NCBI GenBank assembly: GCA_014816185.1
Contig: GCA_014816185.1_4095.1
DNA from: a phage
DNA: 64,000 nt
Strand: one strand, 5' to 3'
Program-made: the position numbers and the translations under genes
The notes under the pieces: model-generated
Told to the model about the DNA's origin: nothing
What the model saw: the letters and a program-made list of their open reading frames with translations, nothing else
The model's database searches: none
In this document: positions 8,776-19,297 of the stretch, one piece after another
Numbering within the stretch: the stretch's first letter is position 1
Layout: every line of letters starts with the position of its first letter

Positions 8776-9885
8776 TTATTTCGGCATTGTAATTGCAGAC
8801 CATGAGTTCGTGGTAATAGGACCTGGTACATACAAAAAAGAACCACAAGCATAAATTTGATTATTACCATCAAATACTATACTAAAATGTGCACATGTGT
8901 ATAATGATGATTTTTCTGGGTTGTAATTATCTAAAGTTAGTGTATTGGTGAATCTACTCAAACCACCTCCCGAACCATTTCTACCAAATTCACCAGTACT
9001 GTATATCTTTCCTTCGGTTGTTGCGTACATATTAACATATGAAGTCGCACTTGATTTTGATATTTTATGTATCTTACTATCAATAGTAGTGGAGTTAAAT
9101 GCAAATGGATATACTTGTGTGTTCGTTGTAATACCGTTACCAAGTTGACCAATATACTGCCAACCTGCGTTGTATATATTGCTGGCTGAATAAGCAAGAG
9201 TACCAGTACTGTTACCACCAAATAGTTTAACACTTGTTAACCTGCTTACTAGTGTAGTATACTGTCCTGGACTTACGCCAAGTGAACCATACCCACTGCT
9301 CCCGCAACCGAGAAGTTCATTATTTGATGTTAATATTAATGTGTTATTCTGTGTACCCAATATATCAAGAACTGTATTAGCTCCGGTATTAATAACTGAA
9401 ACAAAAGTACTCTGAGCCGTGGAATACCCACCACCGAGTGAATAGTTACCATTCATGCCTCTACCATAAACAATCGAACCACTAGCATCAACGTAGTGCA
9501 TTGTATCTGCACCAATTGATATCATTTTAATATTAGATATATGTGGAAATGAAGAAGTAACATTCAAACCACCCAACGGAATCATAGTATTTCCTGTGCC
9601 TAATTGTGTGGTAACTCCATGCATTATGAATTCTTCACCCTTGAGATAAAGAATATTGTACGCCCCAGCCCATGCATCAGTAACACCTTCTGAAATTAAT
9701 ATCCAAGTATTTCTTGTTGCTGTATTTTCAACGTTTAACTGAAAATACGTATTAACCCCACAACCATAAAGTGAGCCATCACCATAGAGGACGTACAAAT
9801 TATCAAGACCGCACAGTACTTTCTTTATCTTTGGAGCTTCAGGTGCAATATTTCCGTACTTAATCATTCTAACAAAAGGTAACAT
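8776..9885 (-). CDS. MLPF-propeller family protein 2
   Basis: starts MLPFVRMIKYGNIAP at 9885; G-x-N-x-x-G-Q-L-G-like blades. Confidence 0.65.
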   Translation of the reverse strand: MLPFVRMIKYGNIAPEAPKIKKVLCGLDNLYVLYGDGSLYGCGVNTYFQLNVENTATRNTWILISEGVTDAWAGAYNILYLKGEEFIMHGVTTQLGTGNTMIPLGGLNVTSSFPHISNIKMISIGADTMHYVDASGSIVYGRGMNGNYSLGGGYSTAQSTFVSVINTGANTVLDILGTQNNTLILTSNNELLGCGSSGYGSLGVSPGQYTTLVSRLTSVKLFGGNSTGTLAYSASNIYNAGWQYIGQLGNGITTNTQVYPFAFNSTTIDSKIHKISKSSATSYVNMYATTEGKIYSTGEFGRNGSGGGLSRFTNTLTLDNYNPEKSSLYTCAHFSIVFDGNNQIYACGSFLYVPGPITTNSWSAITMPK

Positions 9886-9956
9886 ATTTCCCTCCTTATT
9901 CATTATACTATATTTAATACAAATAAGAAAGCCAGTATCAAGTACTGGCCTATATT
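9886..9956 (-). promoter_or_regulatory. MLPF-family upstream cassette
   Basis: same conserved element as 8698-8775. Confidence 0.55.
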
Positions 9957-10694
9957 TTAGACTGAATTGTTAGGATAATATCTCCCACGTCCCCATATTA
10001 TTCGCACAGCACCACCACCAGCAGCCGTATAAGAAAAATTATCCCATATACTACCACCACCACCATACATCTTACCAGCACCACCACTACCAGCACCACC
10101 ATTATATGAACCATCGTATCTACCGCCAATACCATTAGCACCTTGAACAATGATACCAGTACCACCACCCGTACCAATGAACGAGGTATTATAGAATGCA
10201 CCACCACCACCGCCGCCCCCAGCACCATTTTCACCAGTGATTGCATCTCCGTTACCACCTTTACCAGTGTAGCCACCAGCACCACCACCAATGACTGCAC
10301 CACCACTTACACCAGCGTTGCCCCCATTACCACCACCATCATTAATAGCGTTAGCAGCTTTCCCACCTAGTCCACCAACCCTATATTCACCAGTGAAGCT
10401 AACACATAGTTTTTCAGTTCCACGATATAAACCGTTTTCAACTGGTGTAGTAGTGTTGGGATGTGTAAGAGAAACACTTAAGTACTCACCACTAGTAACC
10501 GGAATATTATTACGCCACGATAAGCCGCCACCAGCACCACGTTGACCACCCGGCGAAATAACACATACTGATATTTCGGTAACGCCAGCAGGAACTGTAA
10601 ATTGTGTTGTTCCTATTGTCGTGATTAATTGTTCACCATGTGGCTTATATTCAATTTTATTCCCGTACTTAACCATTCTTCCAAAAGGTAACAT
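9957..10694 (-). CDS. MLPF-tagged glycine-rich protein
   Basis: MLPFGRMVKYGN N-terminus followed by long Gly-rich low-complexity body (GGGNGGNAGVSGG..GAGGGGGGGA); 245 aa. Confidence 0.6.
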   Translation of the reverse strand: MLPFGRMVKYGNKIEYKPHGEQLITTIGTTQFTVPAGVTEISVCVISPGGQRGAGGGLSWRNNIPVTSGEYLSVSLTHPNTTTPVENGLYRGTEKLCVSFTGEYRVGGLGGKAANAINDGGGNGGNAGVSGGAVIGGGAGGYTGKGGNGDAITGENGAGGGGGGGAFYNTSFIGTGGGTGIIVQGANGIGGRYDGSYNGGAGSGGAGKMYGGGGSIWDNFSYTAAGGGAVRIIWGRGRYYPNNSV

Positions 10695-10765
10695 AATTCC
10701 CCTCCTTATTCATTATACTATATTTAATACAAATAAGAAAGCCAGTATCAAGTACTGGCGTAATG
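10695..10765 (-). promoter_or_regulatory. MLPF-family upstream cassette
   Basis: conserved element. Confidence 0.55.
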
Positions 10766-11908
10766 TCAATAAGTATCCCAAGGTAATGGTGTCTTCCTAA
10801 ATCCATACCTGGTTGTGCTCGCACCATCACCAGCAATGTATCTACCTATACCACATTGGTATAACTCTGTACTACTACATATAGCACCACCTATAGTACC
10901 ACTACTCCACTGAATTATATTAGAATATGTTATTGGTAAATCACTACATTTAGTATATACAGCAACGGTAGAAGCACCACTAATACCACCAAACATACTT
11001 CGGTTAGCACCAGTGTAATATATACCATCTGGACTCATAAATGCAGAGGTGTAAGTTGTACTGCAATCCACTGGACTTCTTATTGTATTAAGATCGCCTG
11101 GGTATGTCCTGACACCAAAGGTGTATACATTACCATCAGTTGTAATACCATTACCTAACTGCCCACTGCTTTGTCCACCACATGTAAGCAACAATGCAGA
11201 ACCAGAAACAATTGCAGTAGCATTATACGAAGTACCCATTGCAATAGAAGCACCAGACAATAGTTTTGGTGTAACGATAGCTGTTGTATTACCCTGGCCT
11301 AATTCACCATTTGTGTTTCGTCCCCATGCGTATATAGAAGTTGTATCCAAGCGACATAGTACTGAACCATAACTAAACGTATATCGCATGTCATTTACAG
11401 CAGAAGGCAAATTAACCTTAGTTGCAACACTAATAACACCGCCAGTAACACCACTGTTTGCGTTCATGTTACGACCATATGCATATAAAGAACCATCTGA
11501 AGTTTTAATATGCATCATACCATCTGTGCAATATAATGCATCGATGCTATCCACCGCAACCGGACCCATACTGGCAGTTATATCGGTCCACCCAAGAGTA
11601 GTAGTACTAGAAATTAAGTTATTTCCTGCATATAGTATTCTATTATTATTAGTAACTACCACTGTATATCTAGCAGTAACTCCAATTAATCGAACATCAG
11701 TATATATCTTAGACCACGCACCTAGTGAATTTGTATTTGCATCCAAAAAGCCTAACTGCCCATCTGTATTGTATCCAATACCCCATGCATCACCTGCACT
11801 GTCCAATAACACTTCATGTGAAAAGCCAATCTTAAAATCTTTTATTGTAGGAACTACTGGAACTGGTGCTATATTCCCGTACTTAACCATTCTTGCAAAA
11901 GGTAACAT
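10766..11908 (-). CDS. MLPF-propeller family protein 4
   Basis: MLPFARMVKYGNIAPVP; motifs YNTDGQLGF, GRNTNGELGQGNTT, GGQSSGQLGNGITT. Confidence 0.65.
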   Translation of the reverse strand: MLPFARMVKYGNIAPVPVVPTIKDFKIGFSHEVLLDSAGDAWGIGYNTDGQLGFLDANTNSLGAWSKIYTDVRLIGVTARYTVVVTNNNRILYAGNNLISSTTTLGWTDITASMGPVAVDSIDALYCTDGMMHIKTSDGSLYAYGRNMNANSGVTGGVISVATKVNLPSAVNDMRYTFSYGSVLCRLDTTSIYAWGRNTNGELGQGNTTAIVTPKLLSGASIAMGTSYNATAIVSGSALLLTCGGQSSGQLGNGITTDGNVYTFGVRTYPGDLNTIRSPVDCSTTYTSAFMSPDGIYYTGANRSMFGGISGASTVAVYTKCSDLPITYSNIIQWSSGTIGGAICSSTELYQCGIGRYIAGDGASTTRYGFRKTPLPWDTY

Positions 11909-11980
11909 AATTCCCCTCCTTATTCATTATACTATATTTAATACAAATAAGAAAGCCAGTATCAAGTACTGGCATTCTTT
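11909..11980 (-). promoter_or_regulatory. MLPF-family upstream cassette
   Basis: conserved element. Confidence 0.55.
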
Positions 11981-13144
11981 TTAAAATGGTGAATCTATTA
12001 CAAATACTAAGCTATTAATACCACCATATGTGACATCAGCCCCAGTACTATATACAAAATTACCATCAGTTATATAAGTACGGTTATACCCACCTGACAT
12101 TTGTGATTTACTATAATCAAAACCATCAGGTACGATTGCTTTGGTATATACTAATGCGTTAGTAGATGTACCAACACCTAACATACCAGCTTGTGTTGAT
12201 TGGTTGTAGCCACAACAATATATACCATCTGTTGTAGCAATAACTTGGTTATAATATGAAGTATTATGGGCCATACTGAGTACATCACCTGGTGGCATTA
12301 GGGAAGCAGTTTGAACAGCAAATGCTCTTATATCAGTACTATTCACTCCATCTGCCTGTGCACCAAATCTTTTCGCCCCACCATTGGCAATTATGGTTTT
12401 TCCATTTGGATCAGTACCAATAGCCATCGCCATTGAATTGTTATTATTTACATAGTACTCGATATTAATTACACTCCTTAGACTCGTAGGAGCACTAGTG
12501 TATACTGTATATAGAGAAGTACCACTAGTGCTAATTGCATTGACACGGCCTGTATAGTATAACCAACCGTTAGCAGTAACATAACCATGCATTAGATTAC
12601 TTGCAAACAATTTAAATGGTAATTGGTCTTCTTCAGTAGAGACTGTGCTCTGGACGAATTTAGTATTAACGTTGTTAGTTGTTGTCCCATTACCTAACTG
12701 ACCTTCTGCCCCTGCCCCAGTACTCCATATTGTTCGATCTGAAAGTAATACACTTGTAGTCTGATTACTAACTGCCATATCTAATATTGGTAATGTTAAT
12801 GTATTGAATGTTGGCATAGCAGAAGTCCACACTGATACGGCTGCCCCTGTCATACCAACAGTAGTTGACGAACCACTGTACCATATTTCATTGTTGAATT
12901 TCTTAATAACCAAAGAAGTGGTACTTAACCAAAAATCTTCAACACCAGAAGTACTTAACGTCCATGTAGTAACGGTTTCTTTGTGACCTAAACCCAAAAG
13001 ACCATTTGAATTCTGACCACGTACATATAAATCCCCACTGCTTGTTAAAACTGCAACGTTGTAGTTATTGGCGAGTATTTTTTTAAATTTCGGTGGTGCT
13101 GGTGCTATATTCCCGTACTTAACCATTCTTGCAAAAGGTAACAT
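11981..13144 (-). CDS. MLPF-propeller family protein 5
   Basis: MLPFARMVKYGNIAPAPP; GQNSNGLLGLG, GAEGQLGNGTTT motifs. Confidence 0.65.
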   Translation of the reverse strand: MLPFARMVKYGNIAPAPPKFKKILANNYNVAVLTSSGDLYVRGQNSNGLLGLGHKETVTTWTLSTSGVEDFWLSTTSLVIKKFNNEIWYSGSSTTVGMTGAAVSVWTSAMPTFNTLTLPILDMAVSNQTTSVLLSDRTIWSTGAGAEGQLGNGTTTNNVNTKFVQSTVSTEEDQLPFKLFASNLMHGYVTANGWLYYTGRVNAISTSGTSLYTVYTSAPTSLRSVINIEYYVNNNNSMAMAIGTDPNGKTIIANGGAKRFGAQADGVNSTDIRAFAVQTASLMPPGDVLSMAHNTSYYNQVIATTDGIYCCGYNQSTQAGMLGVGTSTNALVYTKAIVPDGFDYSKSQMSGGYNRTYITDGNFVYSTGADVTYGGINSLVFVIDSPF

Positions 13145-13216
13145 AATTCCCTCCTTTATTCATTATACTATATTTAATACAAAAAGAAAAGCCAGTACTG
13201 AGTACTGGCTATTATA
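13145..13216 (-). promoter_or_regulatory. MLPF-family upstream cassette
   Basis: conserved element. Confidence 0.55.
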
Positions 13217-14404
13217 TTATAATTGTCGGGGTGTATCTAGTACATATCTAGTTGTACTAGGACCACCATCATCATAAGTTCCGGTTGAATATATATTTTT
13301 CATATCAGTTAGAAATGTACGATATGAACCTCTATATATTTTTATTTTATCATACATAGAATATGTTATTTGTGTAGGCATTGGACATGCAGTAAACTTA
13401 CCAACAGTTGCACTAGTACCAATACCCAATGAACCAGCATAACTACTGGCATTTAAACCAGTTGCATATACACCAGTACTCGTAATTAGTATACTAGATT
13501 GTGGTGGGTATCCAGTATGAATTGAATACAAAGTACCGGGTGGTAACGTAGTACTGTTATTTCCTAAAACTCCATTAACAGAGCTAGATGTAGTGTTATT
13601 TCCCCATGCCCCATTATTAGCTAACCCACCGACAAGGAACTGACGTGCTCCTGTATTTGGATTTTCAACTAAAGCACTTACTGCACCAGTTGAGCATCCT
13701 GTGTATTGTAACGTTTTTGTGTATGTTGTACTTGGTTGATATAAAGTATATTCATTATATGAAGTCCATGTAGTCGCGGAACTTATACCGGATGTAACAC
13801 CACCAATATATAAATTATTTTGTTTATCAAACATCAATACACAGTTATTTGTTGACTGTATTTGTGCAATATCAACATTAGGTGTGACCGCTTTTACAAA
13901 TGAACCATCGGTTATTTCATAAGTAGTTCCCGTTCCATCGGCGAATTGTCTAGCACTGTTCCACCCTGTACTCCATATTGTATTATTATCCATTAATACC
14001 GTAAACCACGTAGTACCTCCATACATCTGTTTAATTGAAGTACTTGAACTTTGTGTGTACAAATTTTCAATATATTGGTTATAACTTAAAAACGTAGTAG
14101 TACTTGTTGGTAAACCAATATGAGAACCATATCCACAATAAAAATAATTTAAGTCATTGTCTTTTACTAATAAAGTTCCTTGTGTAAGCCAGCAATCGTT
14201 AACGTTTTCTCTAATTAATGTCCATGATTTTAATGCAGTGTTGTTTCCTCTACCGAATTTCCCAAAACTATTATTCCCACGTGCATATAGTTGACCATCC
14301 GTATACAGAACCACAACATCTAAATCAGTTGGGATTATTTTCTTAATTTGAAGTGGTACTGGGGCAATATTCCCATAATTCATCATTCTTGCAAAAGGTA
14401 ACAT
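13217..14404 (-). CDS. MLPF-propeller family protein 6
   Basis: MLPFARMMNYGNIAP; G/S/T/N-rich. Confidence 0.6.
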   Translation of the reverse strand: MLPFARMMNYGNIAPVPLQIKKIIPTDLDVVVLYTDGQLYARGNNSFGKFGRGNNTALKSWTLIRENVNDCWLTQGTLLVKDNDLNYFYCGYGSHIGLPTSTTTFLSYNQYIENLYTQSSSTSIKQMYGGTTWFTVLMDNNTIWSTGWNSARQFADGTGTTYEITDGSFVKAVTPNVDIAQIQSTNNCVLMFDKQNNLYIGGVTSGISSATTWTSYNEYTLYQPSTTYTKTLQYTGCSTGAVSALVENPNTGARQFLVGGLANNGAWGNNTTSSSVNGVLGNNSTTLPPGTLYSIHTGYPPQSSILITSTGVYATGLNASSYAGSLGIGTSATVGKFTACPMPTQITYSMYDKIKIYRGSYRTFLTDMKNIYSTGTYDDGGPSTTRYVLDTPRQL

Positions 14405-14475
14405 AAATTCCTCCTTTATTCATTATACTATATTTAATACAAATAAGAAAGCCAGTATCAAGTACTGGCATTAAA
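14405..14475 (-). promoter_or_regulatory. MLPF-family upstream cassette
   Basis: conserved element. Confidence 0.55.
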
Positions 14476-15624
14476 TCATTGTATAAATGACATATCAACT
14501 TCTGTATAACTAAGAATGTTTTGTCCAGCAATTCCCCCCATTACTACCATAGCATACCCACAATAATATAATTGCTCAGTGTCCGTAAGTATAAGTGAAC
14601 CAGATGGAGTGCGTACCAAATTACACGAACTATTAAACGAAGTATACGAAGGAGTATATGAGTACTGATTAATATTATTACCAACACCTAATTGACCAAA
14701 TCCATTCGACCCAGATGCGTATAGAACTTCATCACCTTTAGCTATATGTGATGCCATGTTACTAACACACGTATATAGAGTATAAACTCCTGAACTCAAT
14801 AATGTCGGAGTTTTGTATTGTATATCGGTAGATGAAGAAGTACCACCTGTGCCAAATTCGTTCCCGTATTGTGCACCGAACTGTTTACCACAAGCGTACA
14901 AATTATTATCCGATTTAATAAAAAATGTACTTTGATAACTTACATCAAAATCTATAACATCCGAAGCAATCATCGTCACCCCAGTAATAGAAGTTTGATT
15001 ACCTGTACCTAACTGATAGTAATAGTTAAAACCACAACCCCATAAAGTATTATCTTCTTTTAGGTATATGTTACCAACTGCCTTTTTAACCGAAGTTATA
15101 GTATCTACCCTTTTGAATGTGTTAAAAGAATTAATGTTTGTACCATCACCAAATGATGATAGGTTCGAGTTATTGTTAACTCCACAACAATACAACGTAC
15201 CATCGTTTGTTATCAAATTCACCTTCATATCATTAAAACTACTCATGTATTTTATATCAGAAACATTAATACCACCTGATGTTATCCACGTAGTACAGTC
15301 CGTCCACAAAGTTTTTGTATCAGTTACACCAGTGAATGCCTTCGTGTTACCAGTGATAAAAACTTTTCCAGTACCTTTCTCTTCATACAATTGACAACTA
15401 CTACTGTTATCTTCCAATAGAACTCGTTTAACATTCTCCGCACAAAGAATAAATTTACTCGATGCTACACCTGTACCAGTACCCCAATTCGTCGCAGAAG
15501 ATGCATACAACTTATTAGTATAAGTATCATGAAGATACATAGAATCACTTGAATATATTTTAAAACGCCTATCCTTACCAGGGGCAATATTCCCATAATT
15601 CATCATTCTTACAAAAGGTAACAT
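14476..15624 (-). CDS. MLPF-propeller family protein 7
   Basis: MLPFVRMMNYGNIAP; GSNGFGQLGVGNN motif. Confidence 0.6.
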   Translation of the reverse strand: MLPFVRMMNYGNIAPGKDRRFKIYSSDSMYLHDTYTNKLYASSATNWGTGTGVASSKFILCAENVKRVLLEDNSSSCQLYEEKGTGKVFITGNTKAFTGVTDTKTLWTDCTTWITSGGINVSDIKYMSSFNDMKVNLITNDGTLYCCGVNNNSNLSSFGDGTNINSFNTFKRVDTITSVKKAVGNIYLKEDNTLWGCGFNYYYQLGTGNQTSITGVTMIASDVIDFDVSYQSTFFIKSDNNLYACGKQFGAQYGNEFGTGGTSSSTDIQYKTPTLLSSGVYTLYTCVSNMASHIAKGDEVLYASGSNGFGQLGVGNNINQYSYTPSYTSFNSSCNLVRTPSGSLILTDTEQLYYCGYAMVVMGGIAGQNILSYTEVDMSFIQ

Positions 15625-15695
15625 ATTTCCCTCCTTTATTCATTATACTATATTTAATACAAATAAGAAAGCCAGTACAGTGTACTGGCATTATA
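15625..15695 (-). promoter_or_regulatory. MLPF-family upstream cassette
   Basis: conserved element. Confidence 0.55.
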
Positions 15696-16835
15696 TTATT
15701 TCCACGGTAGAAGTGAATCAGGAACCCTTGTTGGTACAGTAGTTGAAGACATTCCAGTAAGATTGGGTACACCACATGTGTATAAATTATTATATTCGTC
15801 AACTAACATCGTATAAGAATAGCTCTTACAAAAACTACTAAGATTACTACCTTCTAATGCAGTAAGATCCATTTCAGCGAATGATGTTATATACATATCA
15901 GTTGTACCAATACCACATTGACCATTTGAATTAAGGCCACATGAAAATAACTTATTATTATTATTAATTATACAGGATGGTCCGGTAAGGTTTGTCCCAA
16001 GCTCACCCACCAACTCCACTTCTCCTTGGAATGATAAATTTGGAATTAATGTACTCATTGGGGCTACTGACCTATTTCCTGTACCTGCTTGTCCATAGTC
16101 GTTAATAGATGCAACTTTAACATTACCATCATTAAGAAATATATAAGAAGTTTCATTTGTATTGACTGCTTTAATTGCATTACTAATCGAAGTATCTTGT
16201 GTAAATGTGAGCAAGTTTTGTGTCGTCGTTCCTGATACAAACGTTCTACCTGCATACCAATATGAACCATCATTTAGTACTAATCCAGTACTATATATTG
16301 CACAACCAGCACTGATAACATTTTCTATTGTACTATAGGTGAATCGTGAAACGCTTGAAGTTGATCCATTCCCAAAAACACCACCAGTACCAGCACCACA
16401 GTAGAACCACTTTCCATTTTTTAAAAATACACGCATACACGAAGATATCACAACACTATCAATATCATCTGCACTGACACCGAAATCAGTAAAGTTCTGT
16501 GTTATATCAACCCAAACGCCGTTAGTGTTTGAAGATAGTATTGGAATAACAGTACGTCTACCAGTGTACCAAATAGTACCATCTTTCTTTATAGCAATTG
16601 TTCCTTGTACCCCACCCCAATATCGTGTAACATTTGAGTTGACAAGAGTCCATTCAGTTGAAGAGTCCAATGAACCATTACCACTTTGTCCATATGCTGA
16701 AGAACCAAACCAATATAGATTGCCATTTGTGTGTAAATAAAATTTGGCATCAGCAGAACATTGTAACCTGTTTTTAGGTAGAATCAGTTCAGGTGCGATA
16801 TTCCCGTACTTAACCATTCTTGCAAAAGGTAACAT
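15696..16835 (-). CDS. MLPF-propeller family protein 8
   Basis: start moved to MLPFARMVKYGNIAPE at 16835; GLNSNGQCGIGTTD motif. Confidence 0.6.
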   Translation of the reverse strand: MLPFARMVKYGNIAPELILPKNRLQCSADAKFYLHTNGNLYWFGSSAYGQSGNGSLDSSTEWTLVNSNVTRYWGGVQGTIAIKKDGTIWYTGRRTVIPILSSNTNGVWVDITQNFTDFGVSADDIDSVVISSCMRVFLKNGKWFYCGAGTGGVFGNGSTSSVSRFTYSTIENVISAGCAIYSTGLVLNDGSYWYAGRTFVSGTTTQNLLTFTQDTSISNAIKAVNTNETSYIFLNDGNVKVASINDYGQAGTGNRSVAPMSTLIPNLSFQGEVELVGELGTNLTGPSCIINNNNKLFSCGLNSNGQCGIGTTDMYITSFAEMDLTALEGSNLSSFCKSYSYTMLVDEYNNLYTCGVPNLTGMSSTTVPTRVPDSLLPWK

Positions 16836-16905
16836 ATTCCCTCCTTTATTTGTTATACTATATTTAATACAAATAAGAAAGCCAGTACTCTGTACTGGCA
16901 TTATG
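16836..16905 (-). promoter_or_regulatory. MLPF-family upstream cassette
   Basis: conserved element. Confidence 0.55.
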
Positions 16906-18015
16906 TTATTTTGGTAAATCAATTTTAGTAAAGACTGCAACATCCTCGATTGCACCTGGAATGGCGTAATACGATCCAGTACTATACACATCTCCATTTT
17001 TGGTTAATATCGATGTCAAACCATCACTAAAAAGAACATCCCTAATCTCACTAACTTCAACGGGTAATTGTAAATTGGTAGCACTATATATAGCACCAGT
17101 TTGAGAATTGTTTAATCCCAAACCACGGTTCGCCCCAACACCCTTCTGATATGTACTAGTAATTACCATTTGTGTAGCAGTATTTAAGGCAGGTGAATTC
17201 GTCATAAACAACGGAGAACTATTAGGCAAAGTACTTAAAGGAACTGCACGGAATGTAGTCGTACCTGAACTAAGAAAGTTTGGAGTTTGACCACATACGA
17301 AATATGATGTACCATTATAGTAATTTAATGCATTACCACCAATGGCTGCATCGATTACACCAGAACTACGCAATCCCCAAGTGTTAATTTGTGTTTGGTT
17401 CCCCGTACCATGCTGCCCACTACTATTCCATCCAGAACTATATAGCTTATTATCTAATGTAAGATACATACTATCATTCGCATTGGTCATTACTTTACGA
17501 ACGTTCGTAGCACATTGAGTTAATGTGTAAATTGATGATGAACCAATACCCAAAGAACCACGATATCCATTATCTCCTGCACCATAGAGTACTGAATTAG
17601 TGCTAAGTACAAATATTAAACCATTTGTACATACAATATTAGCAATTTCACTTACTGGTATAGCATTGGTAAACCAATTAGTTCTTTCAACTAATACAGT
17701 ACTGTAAGAAGTAGTTGTAGAAGATGAGAACCAGTACGTTTGACCTGATGTCCATATCGTATTATCATTTTTAATAATAACAAGTGTACGATCACCCACG
17801 AAAAAATTAGAAACATCTGCACTTACTAATGTCCACGAAGACACCGTGTTGGTATTACCATTTCCAGATTCACCACCTTGATTTCTACCTATGTAATATA
17901 AATCATGTGAATCAGTCAATAAGAATTGGCCTTGGGTAGAAGCACCAACTTTAATTATTTTTTTAGGACCAGGGACAATATTTCCATACATAATCATTCT
18001 TCCAAAAGGTAACAT
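16906..18015 (-). CDS. MLPF-propeller family protein 9
   Basis: start at MLPFGRMIMYGNIVP (18015); no cassette upstream, only 8 nt after stop of 18024..19226, so co-transcribed; GWNSSGQHGTGNQT motif. Confidence 0.6.
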   Translation of the reverse strand: MLPFGRMIMYGNIVPGPKKIIKVGASTQGQFLLTDSHDLYYIGRNQGGESGNGNTNTVSSWTLVSADVSNFFVGDRTLVIIKNDNTIWTSGQTYWFSSSTTTSYSTVLVERTNWFTNAIPVSEIANIVCTNGLIFVLSTNSVLYGAGDNGYRGSLGIGSSSIYTLTQCATNVRKVMTNANDSMYLTLDNKLYSSGWNSSGQHGTGNQTQINTWGLRSSGVIDAAIGGNALNYYNGTSYFVCGQTPNFLSSGTTTFRAVPLSTLPNSSPLFMTNSPALNTATQMVITSTYQKGVGANRGLGLNNSQTGAIYSATNLQLPVEVSEIRDVLFSDGLTSILTKNGDVYSTGSYYAIPGAIEDVAVFTKIDLPK

Positions 18016-18023
18016 ATTCCCTC

Positions 18024-19226
18024 CTATTGTTGCCATAACTGCGATGGCATTAATGTTAGTGTAGTAATACTATAAGTGCCATCTGGCAATCTACCACCAT
18101 TTCCATTCCAGCCACCACATGCATATAATTTATAATCTTTAGTAATTATTATGGTTCTGCTCCAATCTTTAGATGCCATAAGAACATTGTCATAACCACC
18201 ACTTATTGCACTAAGATTAAAAATATTCCAAGTTCTAACTAATGTATTAGTTCCATTACCTTCTTGACCATATGAGTTAGCACCACTACTTCTAACATAT
18301 GGTGCGTATTGTGCCATAGGTGCACCAATTGATGCATTTCCCATATTACTTGGACAAATAAAAGTACTGTACTTACTTACATCAACCGTGACCGATGTGT
18401 TCCTAATTGGTGTTAGCTGATTTACCGATGTAGTCGTACCATTACCAGCTTGTCCAGAACTGTTAGCCCCGCTATAATATACAGACCCACCAGTAGTAAA
18501 CCACCAAGTAACATCGTATGTAGTACTAATATGTTCTACATTACTAATCACGAATTTGTTCAAATATACAACAGAACTACCACCACATCCACTTTCACCA
18601 AAGTTATCCTTACCACAAAACCATGCATCTTTATTTGATTTGATATAGTGCGTTCCTTGTAATGAACATGCCATATGTGTAACTTCACCCATATTAGTCA
18701 TAACTGTGAGTGTAGGGATGGAATTTTTATTCCCAGAGCCACATTCACCATTAGTATTTCTTCCACACGCAATTACTCTACCATCGGTTAATAATATTCT
18801 AGTACTTTCACCTATATATACACTCTTGATCATATTAGCCATAACACCTATTTTATTAAATGCAACAGTAACATCAGTCCATGTTGTCAAATAACCATTA
18901 ACAGGTGTTGCATCTCCATAATCAGAAAATGCACCAACCGACCCAGTGTAGTATATTTTATTATCCAAATCAATCATCAATGAACCTTGAACACCAAGCC
19001 AAAAGGCTGCACAGTTCCTTGCAAGTACTGTAAATGACGAAACTGCTGCTGAATTCCCAAGACCAAATTGATAAAAGTTATTACTACCATAACCATATAA
19101 AGTATTAGTTGGGTTATGGAGATACATACAGTTTGTATAATGTTGTTGTAAAACATCTGAGAACTCTACAGGTTCTGGACCTGGTGCAATATTTGCGTAC
19201 TTAACCATTCTTCCAAAAGGTAACAT
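18024..19226 (-). CDS. MLPF-propeller family protein 10
   Basis: MLPFGRMVKYANIAP; GANSSGQAGNGTTT motif. Confidence 0.6.
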   Translation of the reverse strand: MLPFGRMVKYANIAPGPEPVEFSDVLQQHYTNCMYLHNPTNTLYGYGSNNFYQFGLGNSAAVSSFTVLARNCAAFWLGVQGSLMIDLDNKIYYTGSVGAFSDYGDATPVNGYLTTWTDVTVAFNKIGVMANMIKSVYIGESTRILLTDGRVIACGRNTNGECGSGNKNSIPTLTVMTNMGEVTHMACSLQGTHYIKSNKDAWFCGKDNFGESGCGGSSVVYLNKFVISNVEHISTTYDVTWWFTTGGSVYYSGANSSGQAGNGTTTSVNQLTPIRNTSVTVDVSKYSTFICPSNMGNASIGAPMAQYAPYVRSSGANSYGQEGNGTNTLVRTWNIFNLSAISGGYDNVLMASKDWSRTIIITKDYKLYACGGWNGNGGRLPDGTYSITTLTLMPSQLWQQ

Positions 19227-19297
19227 ATTTCCCTCCTTTATTCATTATACTATATTTAATACAAAAAGAAATGCCAGTATCAAGTACTGGCATAATA
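19227..19297 (-). promoter_or_regulatory. MLPF-family upstream cassette
   Basis: conserved element. Confidence 0.55.

Noticed and set aside
8192-11984. Plus-strand ORFs inside the minus-strand MLPF genes (8192..8500, 8945..9148, 10143..10370, 10291..10545, 11121..11372, 11388..11984) and minus ORFs 8958..9233, 9998..10306
   Set aside because: They are antisense or out-of-frame to strongly supported paralogous genes, low-complexity, and lack RBS.
8698-19297. CRISPR array suggested by regularly spaced ~70-bp repeats
   Set aside because: The repeats are separated by ~1.1-1.2 kb protein-coding genes, not 30-40 bp spacers, and each carries promoter/RBS features.
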